A stretch of 63,820 nucleotides of DNA, counting the filler, from Octopus bimaculoides (Eukaryota), in the NCBI RefSeq assembly GCF_001194135.2. It is 5 parts of 4 records of this genome, joined end to end, with 100 filler letters (N's around TTAATTAATTAA, not from the genome) between each part and the next. Parts side by side here need not be neighbours in the genome. Positions count along the whole stretch, not along the records: positions 1 to 16,307 come from NC_069005.1; 4 more parts are not named here. One strand, given 5' to 3'. A program made the translations under genes and the position numbers. Below the pieces are notes generated by a model. That model searched no databases and had not been told where the DNA came from. It worked only from the letters and a program-made list of their open reading frames with translations. Below, in pieces: positions 1-11,427 of this stretch (positions within the stretch are counted from its first letter, which is position 1; the number at the start of each line of letters is the position of its first letter).

Positions 1-325
1 GCCAGGCGGCGCCCCGTTTGTCCGATGTACAGGGAATGGCAGAGAAAGCAGGAGAGGCAATAGATGAGGTTGGTAGAAGTGCAGGTGAAGGAGTCGGTGA
101 TGGGTGCTGGTGAGGAGGGTGGTGTCGGAGAGGTAAGGGCAAGTGCGGCAGCGTGGGTGGGAGCAGGGGAATGAGCCAGGTTGGGAGGTTGGGTTGGGGA
201 AGCAGCTGTGGACCAAGAGGTCCCGTAGGTTGTGGGCTCGTTTGAAGGAGGGGAGGGGTCGATTAGGGAAGATGTGGGAGGTGGAGGGGTCGGACTGGAG
301 GCGCCGAATATAGGTAAATGATAGG
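1..325 (-). mobile_element. Penelope-like element (PLE) fragment, GIY-YIG endonuclease region; continues beyond window start
   Basis: My translation of the minus strand gives ...SDPSTSHIFPNRPLPSFKRAHNLRDLLVHS...FPCSHPRCRTCPY... and, after a frameshift, TDSFTCTSTNLIYCLSCFLCHSLYIGQTGRRLA. This is the CxxxxCxxC linker plus IYC...YIG motif of PLE GIY-YIG domains. Confidence 0.85.
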
Positions 326-329
326 ATTA

Positions 330-3060
330 CTTCAATTTTTCAGGGGTAGTCTGAAGTATCCAAGCAACCAGGGGATGTTTAAATCCAGAGGCACTCCTGG
401 GAATTACTTGTGTGGGTACCGTCTTCGTTAGAGGGTATCCAGAGGCAGGTAATTTATTGTTTAAACTGCAGTTTATAATTATATTTATGTGGAGAATGGA
501 GCAACAAAATACAAGAAGAAGCAATTCGGTTGGGCTAGTTAGCCATTGTTTTAATTATGTGGAGATTATGTAATGAGTCATTTACGCACGTTTCAATTTG
601 CCAAATGGTTTGGCAGATCTCTTCAGAATGTTGAGGAGTATGTTAAGAGTTCATGGTATGAGAGATGTAGGAGAAATAATTAGTGGATATATTAATGCAT
701 ATGGTGGTATAATAATAGCGTTAGGTAAAGAAAGCCTTACGTTTTAGTTGAAGTTGTGTTGGTCTTCCTGTAGGGGGATGTAGGATGGGTGCTATTTAAA
801 CTCATAATTCCGATTTTAATCAAATGCATTTCCACGTGATGTTGTTAGGATTGAGGAATGCGTCGTATATTTTTAGCACCGGCGGTGTTACTAACACTGG
901 CACGGAACATGGACATTAAAGAAAGAAGAATGGATCTGTAACCAAGGAGATACAGATCCTTAGTTACAGATCCATTCCACATTCTATTAGAAAGGAGAGG
1001 CTTTCAGCTTTGAAGAGATATCACAAAAGGACAATGTCATTTACTTTTGACTATCCATTACGGTGCATATGTAAATCAGGTGTTATTCATAAAAGAGCTT
1101 GATATTTAATATGAAATGGCAGAAGTACATCATTGGTTGTTAAGAACGATAAAAATGTGCTTAGGAGGATCAACAAAGTAGAGTTCAAATATCTACAACA
1201 ATGAAGTTGTGAGACCTAGCAATGAGTAAAGTAGGGTACAAGAATCTATATCAATGCTAGAAGTTGCTAGACCTGGCAATCAAAAAGTTGAAGTCAGTGG
1301 TGGACTACAAAATGATCTGAAAAGAAGCCAAAGAGTGGACAAAGATATCCCTCTCTAAATGATACAGGAAAATATAGTATCGTTGAGAAATGAAAACTAC
1401 TCATGTTGCTGACAGCGTTCATCAATAATAAAAACTAGGATGGGTCACTTACAAATAACATTAGATGGAGTGTGTTCAGCTTTGAATAGAATGACATGAC
1501 TTTGGTCTGAGACCAAACATTACCAGTTAATCTAATAATAACTATTGACTATATAACTAAGTGAATTAGTACTGTGCAATCTGAGACTCAACATCACCAA
1601 ATAAAACTGGTGGTACCTATTGACTACCATACAGCAAAACAAATGGACTAAGAAACTGTTATCTCAGACTGGACATTCTCAGATGATCTGGTGGTAGCAG
1701 TTAGCCACACAACTAAGTGAAGTGATTGGGTAACTATAATCTGAGACTCAAAGGTCCAGGGGATCTAGTGGTATTGGCCATACAGCTAGGCAGATTGATT
1801 GGTGCACTGTGGTCTGGGACTGGGCATTACCAGATGATCAGGTAGATTGCAGAATGAGACTGGACATAGCTACTTGAAATGAATTTAGAAGATATATAGA
1901 GGTTTTCTTTTTTTATTGGTTTGATTTTAAGGAGATGATGTTGCATACATGCTTTTCACAGATCCTCAAAAACCAGTGACATTGATAGAGTTAATGTTCC
2001 TCTTGAACAGTTGCAAGTTGTAGGCTACAGGAAAAAATTAGGCAGCGAGGGGATTCTAGTAGGCCAGGAGGAAAGACTGGTTGTAGAAGAACTTCATGGG
2101 GTGGGATGGATGGGTATAATATGGGTGATGAGAGAAGGAGGAGGAGCAACTAGTGTGTCTGGAATGCTTGAATGAGGGTGGAAAGAAACCAGATCAGAAG
2201 TAGAGGTCACTGAAGTAGTTCTAGAAGACAGAGGGAGGAAACACTAAGTCTGTGAACCGGAGGTTGGAGTAGAGTATAATTTTTTTAATGCAGTCTAAGA
2301 ACTCGGTTTGTTGCAGGGCTAAGCTGGTGTTGGAACAATACTCAACTAATGGGTTCGCCTGAACTTAATAGAGGGTCAATAGTGCTTAAAGTATAAAATA
2401 ATTTATGAAGTCTGAAGAGTAAGGCCAGTTTTTGTAACTCTGCCTTTGTTACATTGGAGTTGTACATTCACCAGGAGAGATCCACAGTGATGATAAGGTC
2501 TAGTATTTGTAGTAATGTTGAAGGTTCTGTTTGCATCCTGTTCATGTTTAGGTGGCTGAGTGATATTGTTTCCATAGTAATTATGTCTTGGTGCTGTCAA
2601 GAGCCAAGATAGGTGAAACCCTATTAGAGAATGATTTGGAAGTCTCAAATGGGGAGAAATGAAGTGGGTATGATCTGATGGATGTGTAATGTTAACTAAC
2701 CTAGATGGTAGTGTAGACATGTGGTATTGAATGTGGAAGATCTGTGAAGGCTGAAGAGAAATAGTGTAAGTATTATCTGTTAGTTGTGTAATGTTAACCT
2801 ACACAAAAGTTGGAACATAAGTGAGCTGAGAGAGTGACTGGCAATTTTAAAGTATCAGCTGATGTATGTAGGACAAATGAGTGTACTGGAACAGATATGT
2901 GTCTTGTGTGGTGAGGGTGTTGGGGAAAAGTTTTCTACTGAACAATGGAATGTTTATGTCTGTTGAACATTGAGGAATCCATGGGAAGCAAAGAGGAGTT
3001 GGGTACTCAGATCTCAAGTTTCTGGGTCTCAAACCAAATGGCACATTATCAACATGTCAG
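330..3060 (-). mobile_element. Highly degenerate second Penelope-like element (N-terminal, RT and endonuclease remnants)
   Basis: Minus-strand ORF remnants 2403-2720 and 2847-3044 resemble PLE N-terminal regions. 930-1200 has RT-like remnants and 540-900 has endonuclease-like remnants. Many stops and frameshifts; assignment is by recalled similarity only. Confidence 0.4.
1506..1850. repeat. Degenerate ~75-80 bp tandem repeat, 5 units
   Basis: Unit anchor TCT(G/C)(A/G)GAC at 1506, 1580, 1662, 1740 and 1813 (spacings 74, 82, 78, 73), with recurring CTGGTGGTA/TTGACTA/AACTAAG sub-motifs. Confidence 0.6.
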
Positions 3061-5064
3061 CTACTTTAAAACATGACAATGATGATTAACAAAGCATACA
3101 CACCCCTACAACACAATAATTGTACATTAAAATTACAAATCATGTGCATCTCTGCTATGCAATAGATTTTCACCCTATATATATGATGTATTCTGGGCGG
3201 GTGAAAAACTGTAAGATGAGAATAAAAGTTACTTTTCTGGCAGAGAAAGACTTAAGGGGAGTTTAGAAAGAATTGGCAGTGATGTCTTGATCTTGGAAAC
3301 ATTGGGCCGTAAATCATGATGAGATGTCACAGGATCATGGTGACAAGGAGGTGCAGTTTGACCAACAATTGACTTGTCTGACTGATGACTTGGCAGCCTA
3401 ATGACTTGTCTCAACAATAATGATTCCAACTTGGTTGACTGATGCCCTGTTTTACCAATAACTTGTCTCATTGATAAGTTGCCAATAAATTGTCTACTTT
3501 ATAACCTGCTTTATCAGTAACTTATCTCACTAATAACCTGTCTCTACAAAGACTCATTTTGCCTATGACTTACCTCCTCTGCCAAAACAACATCAGTAGA
3601 ATATACATTAAGACAATAGTTAGAATGAAAATTGAAAGAAATAATTAAATGAATAGTATTCTGAATCAACAAGAGCTCAGAGACAAAAGGAATGGAGGGA
3701 CAGTGGAAATGAATGGAGAAATGAATGAATGAATTGATGGATGGATGGATGGAGGAACAAATGGATGAAGGAATGAATGAATAAAAGAAAATATGTTAAG
3801 TGGAAACACAAGTGAAATATTAGGAAATAGCACTCGGGGAAATATCTTTCCTCATTAAGAGTCACATCCTGTATATATATATTCTCTACTGTTCTACAAT
3901 AATATTGCATTCTTACCATAAGAATAATATTGTAGTTGTTTTTGTTTAACTCTAGGTCAATTCTAATCCAGTAGACCTATGATCGAAGGTATTTTTGCTA
4001 TGACCATCCTGTGTTTTCATATATAATGGACTTCATCATCGAAAATATACTTTCTTTTAGTTCAGATGGTAGTATATAATTTGAAGGTGACTTGGTTGCT
4101 ATTTTTAGAATCTCTCTCACTAGTTCAAATTTTATACTATTGTTATCCTATATCTACAATAAAATCAAGAGCTACTACATGGTCATTCAGGCCATTAGAA
4201 ACAGCAACTAAAACTCCCTCCAGTCACACTATACTTCTGTTTTATAAAGACAAAGACACATTGGGATATTTTAGTCCCAGATAAACACTGTTGGAATTAA
4301 AAAAAAAAGGCATGGTGGTCACAACAGAGATGCCTTTGATCACTGATCTGCTCAATATGGGATGACTTGTAGCTAAACAATCACAAGACAAGAGAAGCCA
4401 TACATAGTTGCTCAACCACTAGAAATGACAAACAAATCTCTCAAATTACTTCTATCTAATGTGTCTTAACACATTAGATAACGCTGTCCTAGATGGCTAT
4501 AGCTGGAATGCCTTGATTATAGAGTTGGCTCAATTAAAGATAGCCTAGTGCTAAATAACAGCAATAACAACCAGAAATACTGAGAAATGAGGTTATGTCA
4601 GTGCATCCTCATCATCATCATCTACTGTCTGTTTTCTCTGCTGGCATGGGTTGGATGGGTTGACAGGAGCTGACAAGCCAGAGGACTGCACCAAGTGCTA
4701 TTGTCTACTTTGGTACAGTTTCTATGACCAGATGCCCTTCTTAATGCCAACCACTTCAGAGAGTATATTAAGGACTTCATATGTGGTGCAAACACTAGCA
4801 AGGTCACCGAGTAACTTGCAAGACAAGACCCTCCCCCACCAACTAAGAGGTGTAGTACAGAGGGAAGTGGCTTTATGCCAGATAATGAGAGGAACAGAAA
4901 CATGTGTTTTGCTGTAGATGAGACACATGGCTACTGTAGCTGAAAAATTTAGTAATCAAAGGAGTGACACTGGCAGAGTTAAGAGACTGTTAAGTGGAAT
5001 ATCTTGCAGTATTTGTTGCTACTCTTGGCACTCTGAGTTCAAACCTCTACTAAACTTAACTTTC

Positions 5065-5455
5065 ATCTTGTTACGGTCAATGGCTGTGGTTAAGAAGCTC
5101 ACCTTGAAACCATGTGGTTTAAGGATCAATCCCACTGCTCAGCACTTCGGGAAAGTGCCTTCAGCTATAATCCTAGGACACCCAATGCCTTGATAGTGAA
5201 TCTGGTAAATGAAAACTGCATGGAAGCCTGTTGTGTGTATGTGTGTCTTAATGTCTGTGTATGCCCCCTCCCTTGCTTTAACAGTCAGTAGTGTCTACTT
5301 CCACATGTCTTAGCAGTTTGGCAAAAGAGAACAATAGAATAAGTATCAGGCTTCAAAAGATAAGTACTGGGGCCAATTTATTTGACTAAATCTTTCAAGG
5401 GGTGCCCCAGTATGGCCCCAGAAATATGACTGAAACAAGTAAAAGATGAAACAGA
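5065..5455 (+). mobile_element. tRNA-derived SINE, family 'GGCAAGTGTCTTCT' (degenerate full-length copy)
   Basis: tRNA-like head, GGGAAAGTGCCTTCAGCTATA core, internal TG tract and 3' AGAATAAGTA...GACTGAAACAAGTAAAAGA end. Matches copies at 36325-36705, 41370-41735, 49410-49575 and 61765-61975. Confidence 0.6.
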
Positions 5456-6039
5456 AATAAGGTGCCAGACTAGAGCAGTGGATAAGTAGACTTGTTAAAG
5501 TGATGGACAGTATACTTTGCTATATCTGTTCTAGCTCTTTGCATTCCAAGGTCAAATTCTGCCTCCTATCACAGAATTCCTTGAGGTGTGAAACAGATCT
5601 GCAGGACCCAGCAAATAGTGATAAGTCTTCAATATCAGATAGAGTGATGAATCACTTGAAGTAACAACTCAGATACATCAATATGAGTAGACTTTGCATT
5701 GAATTGAAATAAACTCAAAAATAGAAAGAAAAAAAGATAAAGGATGGAGCAAAAGTTAACCTGTGTAATCTTTGTAGGACACTGTACTACTCTATATAAG
5801 GACACTGCTGCCCAGTTTGAATCTAGGTCAGCTGAAGAACACATTAAAATCAAAGAAAGACTAACATTTTGGACAAATCTCCTCTGATAAAGGGTTTCAA
5901 CAATAACAGTTGATTCCTCAGTAAAACTTTATCTACCATTCTTTAATTCTTTCTTTTTCCTCTAATCATGTTGTTGGACTGAGGCTATGCTGAGGTCTTG
6001 CTTAAAGTACACTTGAATAAAATATTCTTTGTAATTTTG

Positions 6040-6250
6040 GTGGCACAAGGCCAGCAATTTTAATGGGAAGGAGATAAGTTGATTACATTGTCCCCAGTAT
6101 TTGACTGGTACTTTATTTTATTGACCCAAAAGGATGAAAGGTAAAATTGTCATTGGTAAGATTTGAAATCAGAATGTAAAGAGTCAGAACAAATGCTACA
6201 AAGCATTTTGTCTGACACACTAATGATTCTGCTAGCTCACCTCCTTATGT
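6040..6250 (-). mobile_element. tRNA-derived SINE, family 'GGCGAGCTGGCAGAA'
   Basis: Reverse complement of the head and GCCTTTCATCCTTT..GTCGATAAAATAAGTACC core seen in many other copies in the window. Confidence 0.65.
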
Positions 6251-7229
6251 AAAATAATAAGAAAAAAGTGAAATCAGCAGCATGCTTAAAAAGTATTTTT
6301 CATGGCTTTGTCAAAGGACAAAGAGCAGTACAGATGACAATTTTCAGAGTCTCAGAGACTGGTGAGTGGAAAATAAGTTAACTTCAGGCCAGAGACATGC
6401 AATAGAGTGGGCTCCATTGAAGGCAACAAAGGACCAGTTAATAATGTTAAAGCTAAATAAGGATTAAATCAACTCCCACTCTGTTAACTTTTCCTTTTGT
6501 CTATTTTCCCTCAGTTACAGGGTCCGCTTATGATTTCTATGAACAAATACAAAACATCTTCTACAATAGCCCTAGGCATGATACTAAAATATTAATGGAT
6601 GACCAAAATGCAAGGCACCAAGAATGTTGTTGGATCATTTGGATTGGCAAAGAGAACAAATAACAGTGGAGAACAACAACTACTTTTCTGTAGCATGAAC
6701 AGTCAAAGCATCAGACACACACTTCAAACATGAAACATACACAAGAATACATAGATATCATCAGAAGGAGCCACTAACAATGAGATTAACTACATATGTA
6801 TCAGTCAGTGCTGGAGATCAGGGCAGACATAGGAGATCAGTGCTGGAGATTATCCTTAAGTGACAGAGAGCAGACATAGGATCAGACCACCACCTACTAC
6901 AAACTAAAGTAAGACTGAAACTTAAGAGACTATCAAAACAGGAGAAGACCAAGCCCTATGCAATCAAGAAGTTAAAAATCCCAAAATATTAAAGCAATAT
7001 CAGACAACACTGAGAAACAGGTTTCAACAACTCCAAGACCAGGAAAAACATTGGAGTGCCTTCAAAGAAGCTGTGACACAGACTCCAGATGAAGTAATAG
7101 GAAGAAGACACTCAAAGAGAGAGAGGGGGAAATGGATCCAAGAAACAACATGGGATCTTACAGATAAGAGAGATGAAGTGAAAACAGAAAAAAATGGAAG
7201 AGTATAACAAAGAATACTATAATCACTCA

Positions 7230-7750
7230 CCATGTCGTGGTTCACCTCAGTACATCGTAGATTTTTCTGGCTAATATATGTAAATTTATATCATGGACTC
7301 CTCAGTATACCATGGGTTTCTGTGGTTGATAGGTATTTATATTTTTTTTAGATTTTAATTATTTCTGTAGTGAAATAAGCATTTTCACACATAAAAATTA
7401 ATAAATAAAGATACAGTACAGTACTGCACTGTATAACATTTTAATTAAAATATATTAAAAGAAAATACATTGTATACCGTAGATGAGTAAATGAAGAATC
7501 GCACATACTGTATGGAAAATGAAACTTGGGAGTCAAAAACAGAGAAGACACGGGTACTCTTAAGAGTACCTAATCTTTTATAAACTCCTAAGAGTTTATA
7601 AAAGATTAGATATATGAAAATAATAAAATAAATATAAATTATAAAAGTAATTAAAAAAATGTACAGTACAGTACTGTTTCTACTTTGTGGATATTCACTT
7701 ATTGCAGGGGGTTCTGGAACGTAACACCTGCAATAGTCGAGGGATTACTG
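7230..7750. mobile_element. Tigger/pogo-like non-autonomous DNA transposon remnant (one recognisable end)
   Basis: Right end ...GCAATAGTCGAGGGATTACTG|TA resembles a Tigger-type TIR with a TA target. It interrupts the RTE LINE. Left end is not clear. Confidence 0.5.
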
Positions 7751-8216
7751 TACCAAGATCTCTACTGACAGAGCTGTCATGCCAACAGAAAAACCTTACT
7801 AGACAAAAAGTGTACTGAGGCAAAAGAAGCAGCCAGTTGAAATGATCCAAGAACTCTGTACCATATAGTGAGAGAGCTAACTGGAGCAAAGAGCAGCTCA
7901 AATACTGCAGTGATGGATAAATAGGATAGGTCTTTGCCGACAATGGAACAATAAGATTGCTAATGGATGGAACACTTTCAAGAAACATTTTATCAACCAA
8001 TACCAACACAACCATACAACTTTGACCAACAAAATGATAAGATAGTCCTGAATGTAAATGTAGATCCAGTAATAAGTGAATAGTCAACAAAAGCAAAAAC
8101 AAAAAGAAGCTGAAAAACAACACAACAGTTGGATTGGATGAAATCATTGCAGAAATGCCCAAATATGGTGGAAATACATCCAGAATCACACTAATAGCTT
8201 AGGAGGGAAATTTAGG

Positions 8217-9073
8217 GGATCTATTCCATCTCAATCACAGATTTTATAATTAATTTTTTTAAACTAAACAATTTGAAACTTTGAATACTGGTACAATTTC
8301 TTACGTAGAACACAATTTACTTTGAATGTTTTTGACAAAATTTTGTATTTTAGAAGTTATTTCATGTAAAAATTGTTGTATTTGGGTAATTTCAACCAAT
8401 CAATGACATGTATTCAGTTGAAGAAAGCTACTGCTGTTTGTGATAGTAATCGAACAGGAACAACCTCCAAGTCATCTCTACTAAATGTCACACTCTGTTC
8501 TATTCGTATGTTGTGCGAAGATGATGCCACCTTTATCCTTTCTTCCTTTCTAGTCATCACTATGCATTCCTTACTCTTTCCCTCCATTCTACACTATCAA
8601 CTAGCAACCAGTGAGAGAACTACAATTACTGTGTATACTGGTGTATAAGCTGCTGTTTGTCTTGTTTTACCTTCATCTTTTGATAATGTTATTTTTTTTT
8701 ATCTAATAAAGACTTTTATATTGACGAAATGTGTTTGTTGTTGATTATAGTAAGATAAAATCATGACAATAACAATAAGTCTCATAGTTGTAAAATAAAG
8801 CATTTTGAAACTACATATACATCAACAACAAAAAAGTTAGCTGCCGACTCGTAGTGACATTTAGTAGAGATGACCTGGAAGTTGTTCCTCTTCGATTACT
8901 ATTGCAAGCTGAATACAGCTTTAACACAAAATAACTTCTAAAATACGAAATTTGGTCAAAAACGTTCAGAGTAAACCATGTTCCATGTGAGAAATTCTAC
9001 CAGCATTCGAAGCTTCAAACTGTTTAGTTAAAAAAATTAATTAAAAAATCTGTGATTGAGATGGAATAGATCC
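8217..9073. mobile_element. Non-autonomous hAT-type element (MITE)
   Basis: Perfect 29-bp TIR GGATCTATTCCATCTCAATCACAGATTTT (8217-8245 / 9045-9073), extending as an imperfect ~150-bp inverted repeat. 8-bp TSD AATTTAGG at 8209-8216 and 9074-9081. Confidence 0.85.
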
Positions 9074-9538
9074 AATTTAGGATTTCTCAGTTTTCTGTGA
9101 ATCGATTTTGATAAAACTGTTCCCAGCTGGTTTGCACACAATGGCAACACCATTGTTATGTTTTCATTATTCTGTGTAACATCCACTCTTTTTTATTTCA
9201 AATTCTTCAGTTTTTGGGTAAACCATGCTAATAGTGTTTCTCCTCTCTAAGAACAATGGGATGTGGAAAAGGCATTAACAATGAAGAAAAGTTGGTCATC
9301 ATCAAGGAAAGTGCTAAATGTACCTCTCTTCACGTCATTGCAGAGAAGTTAGGTTGTCATGATGATTCCTTCACCAAGAAAGAAACGATCCAATTGTGGG
9401 ACCTCCAAGACTGTGACAGCTAGGGATTTAAGGAATATTGGCCGCAAGTTACATGAGAAACCTGGACAAACAAGCAAAGCTATTTTCCCTGCCTCCAGAC
9501 TTCCTCATGTACTGAAAACCACCAGAAATTGCATCCTC

Positions 9539-9759
9539 GGAAGGTGGCGAGCTGGCAGAAACGTTATCACGCCGGGCGAAATGCTTAGCAGTATTTTGTC
9601 TGCCGCTACGTTCTGAGTTCAAATTCTGTCAAGGTCAACTTTGCCTTTCATCCTTTTGGGGCTGATTAAATAAGTACCAGTTATGCACTGGGGTCGATAT
9701 AATCAACTTAATCCGTTTGTCTCTTCTGTGTGTAGCCCCTCATGAGCAGTAAAGAAATA
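9539..9759 (+). mobile_element. SINE 'GGCGAGCTGGCAGAA' family, B-type tail, inserted in the Tc1-like transposase
   Basis: Head at 9541, GTTCAAATT B-box, tail ...CAGTAAAGAAATAAG. 15-bp TSD AGAAATTGCATCCTC at 9524-9538 and 9760-9774. Confidence 0.85.
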
Positions 9760-11226
9760 AGAAATTGCATCCTCAGTACCATTGCTTCTATGTGAGAACC
9801 CTTGGAATTGTCTCCTTTAACACCTCATCACAGGAATTTGAGGCCTCAATAGGCCAAAAAGTACATGGTGTTAGAGATAAATTGTGTTCTGTTCCCTGAA
9901 AAAACCAGGGCAACCCTTGATGGACCTGACGGTTGGGTCTATTTTGGCTATGAGCATCACCAATATTTACGACATCAACAACAGGGTGGAGGAGTCATGT
10001 TGTAGGCTGGTATCACTGGGGACAGACTTGTTGGCCCAGTCAGGGTGCCTGAAGGGATTAAAGTGACTGCAGCCACCTACTGCAATCTCCTGAAGGCAGT
10101 CTTGGATCCCTGCCTAGATGACATACTGCTGTCATTTCTAAGGAACATCATATTCATGCATGACAACACTCCCTCCCACTCTAATAGGACCATCCAAACA
10201 TTACTAGGGACTTATGGCATACAAAGTGAAAGATTGATGGTGTGGCCGCCAGCATCTCTGGATTTCAACCCTATTGAAAATCTTTGGTCCATCATTAAAC
10301 AAGATGTTTATGCTGACGGATGCCAATTTACATCGATAGACGTCTTATTGACAATCATCAAAGCTGCAACAGAGGCAGTCCAACCTGGTACTATTAAGAA
10401 ATTGACAGATTCCATGACTAAGAGGGTTTTTTAAGTAGTTATCTGTCAAAATGCGCTCATATGACTAAATAATTCACTATGTCAATAAATGTTGTAATAT
10501 TATTATGGTTTTCTGTTAAGTATATACTTAATGTATGCTTAATATGCATCATTGTTCTTCATTTTCTGAAAAAATAATGTCTAGATGGGCTATTTACATT
10601 CAAAAGCTATTAGTGTGGATCACCCAAAACCTGAAGAATCTGAAATAAAAAAGGACATTACACAGAATAATGAAAACATAACAATGGTGTTGCCATAGTG
10701 TGCAAACCAGCAGGGGAAAAGTTTTATCAAAATTGATTCACAGAAAACCAAGAAATCCTAAATTTCACTCCTAAGCTATTAGCATGGTTCTGGGTGTACT
10801 GTAGTGACTGAACTGACAAGTCTGATGATTTACTGCTAGTGTAAGCAGAATGTGCCACAGTGTTCACAAGAGGGAATTATTGCAAAACACTGAACAAAGA
10901 GGACCTAATCAACTGCAATAACTGCTAGGGTATTACTTACAATCAATGCCTGGTAAAGTTTTCTGCAGTATTTCTATACAGGCTGAAAGGCAATATGGAT
11001 GCTGTACTACAAAAGGAACAAGCTAGATTTTGTCACAACTGATCCTGCATTGAACAAATCTTCACAGTCAGAAATATTATTGAACAGTGTATTCAGCATC
11101 AAACACCACTGAAGCTAAACTTTATTGACTTTAAAAAGGCATTTGATAGTGTTCACAAAGAATCCCTGCAGAATTGCTTTGTGTTATGGTATCCCTCAAG
11201 GCTTTGTCAATGTCATTAAAGAACTT

Positions 11227-11427
11227 AAGGTTATGAGCTGGCAGAATTGTTAGTATGTTGGGTAAAATACATAGCAGCATTTTGTCAGTCTTTATATTCT
11301 GAGTTCAAATTCTGTCAAGGTCGACTTTACCTTTCATCCTCCCCAGGTTGATAAAATAAGTACCTGTTGAACTCTGGGTTTGATGAAATCAACTGACCCA
11401 CTCCCCAAAAATTTGAAATCAGTATCT
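11227..11427 (+). mobile_element. SINE 'GGCGAGCTGGCAGAA' family inserted in the RTE RT domain
   Basis: Head and core motifs present; 11-bp TSD TTAAAGAACTT at 11216-11226 and 11428-11438. Confidence 0.8.

Larger units (their letters stand above)
8189..10784 (+). mobile_element. Tc1-like transposon, DD37E (TRT-like) transposase pseudogene with long TIRs
   Basis: TIR CTAATAGCTTAGGAG.GAAATTTAGG[hAT insert]ATTTCT...ATTCTGTGTAA is mirrored at ~10655-10782. Transposase remnants include ATLDGPDGW and ORF 10045-10434 MHDNTPSH...WPPASLDFNPIENLW...IKKLTDSM, with 37 residues between D and E. Confidence 0.85.
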
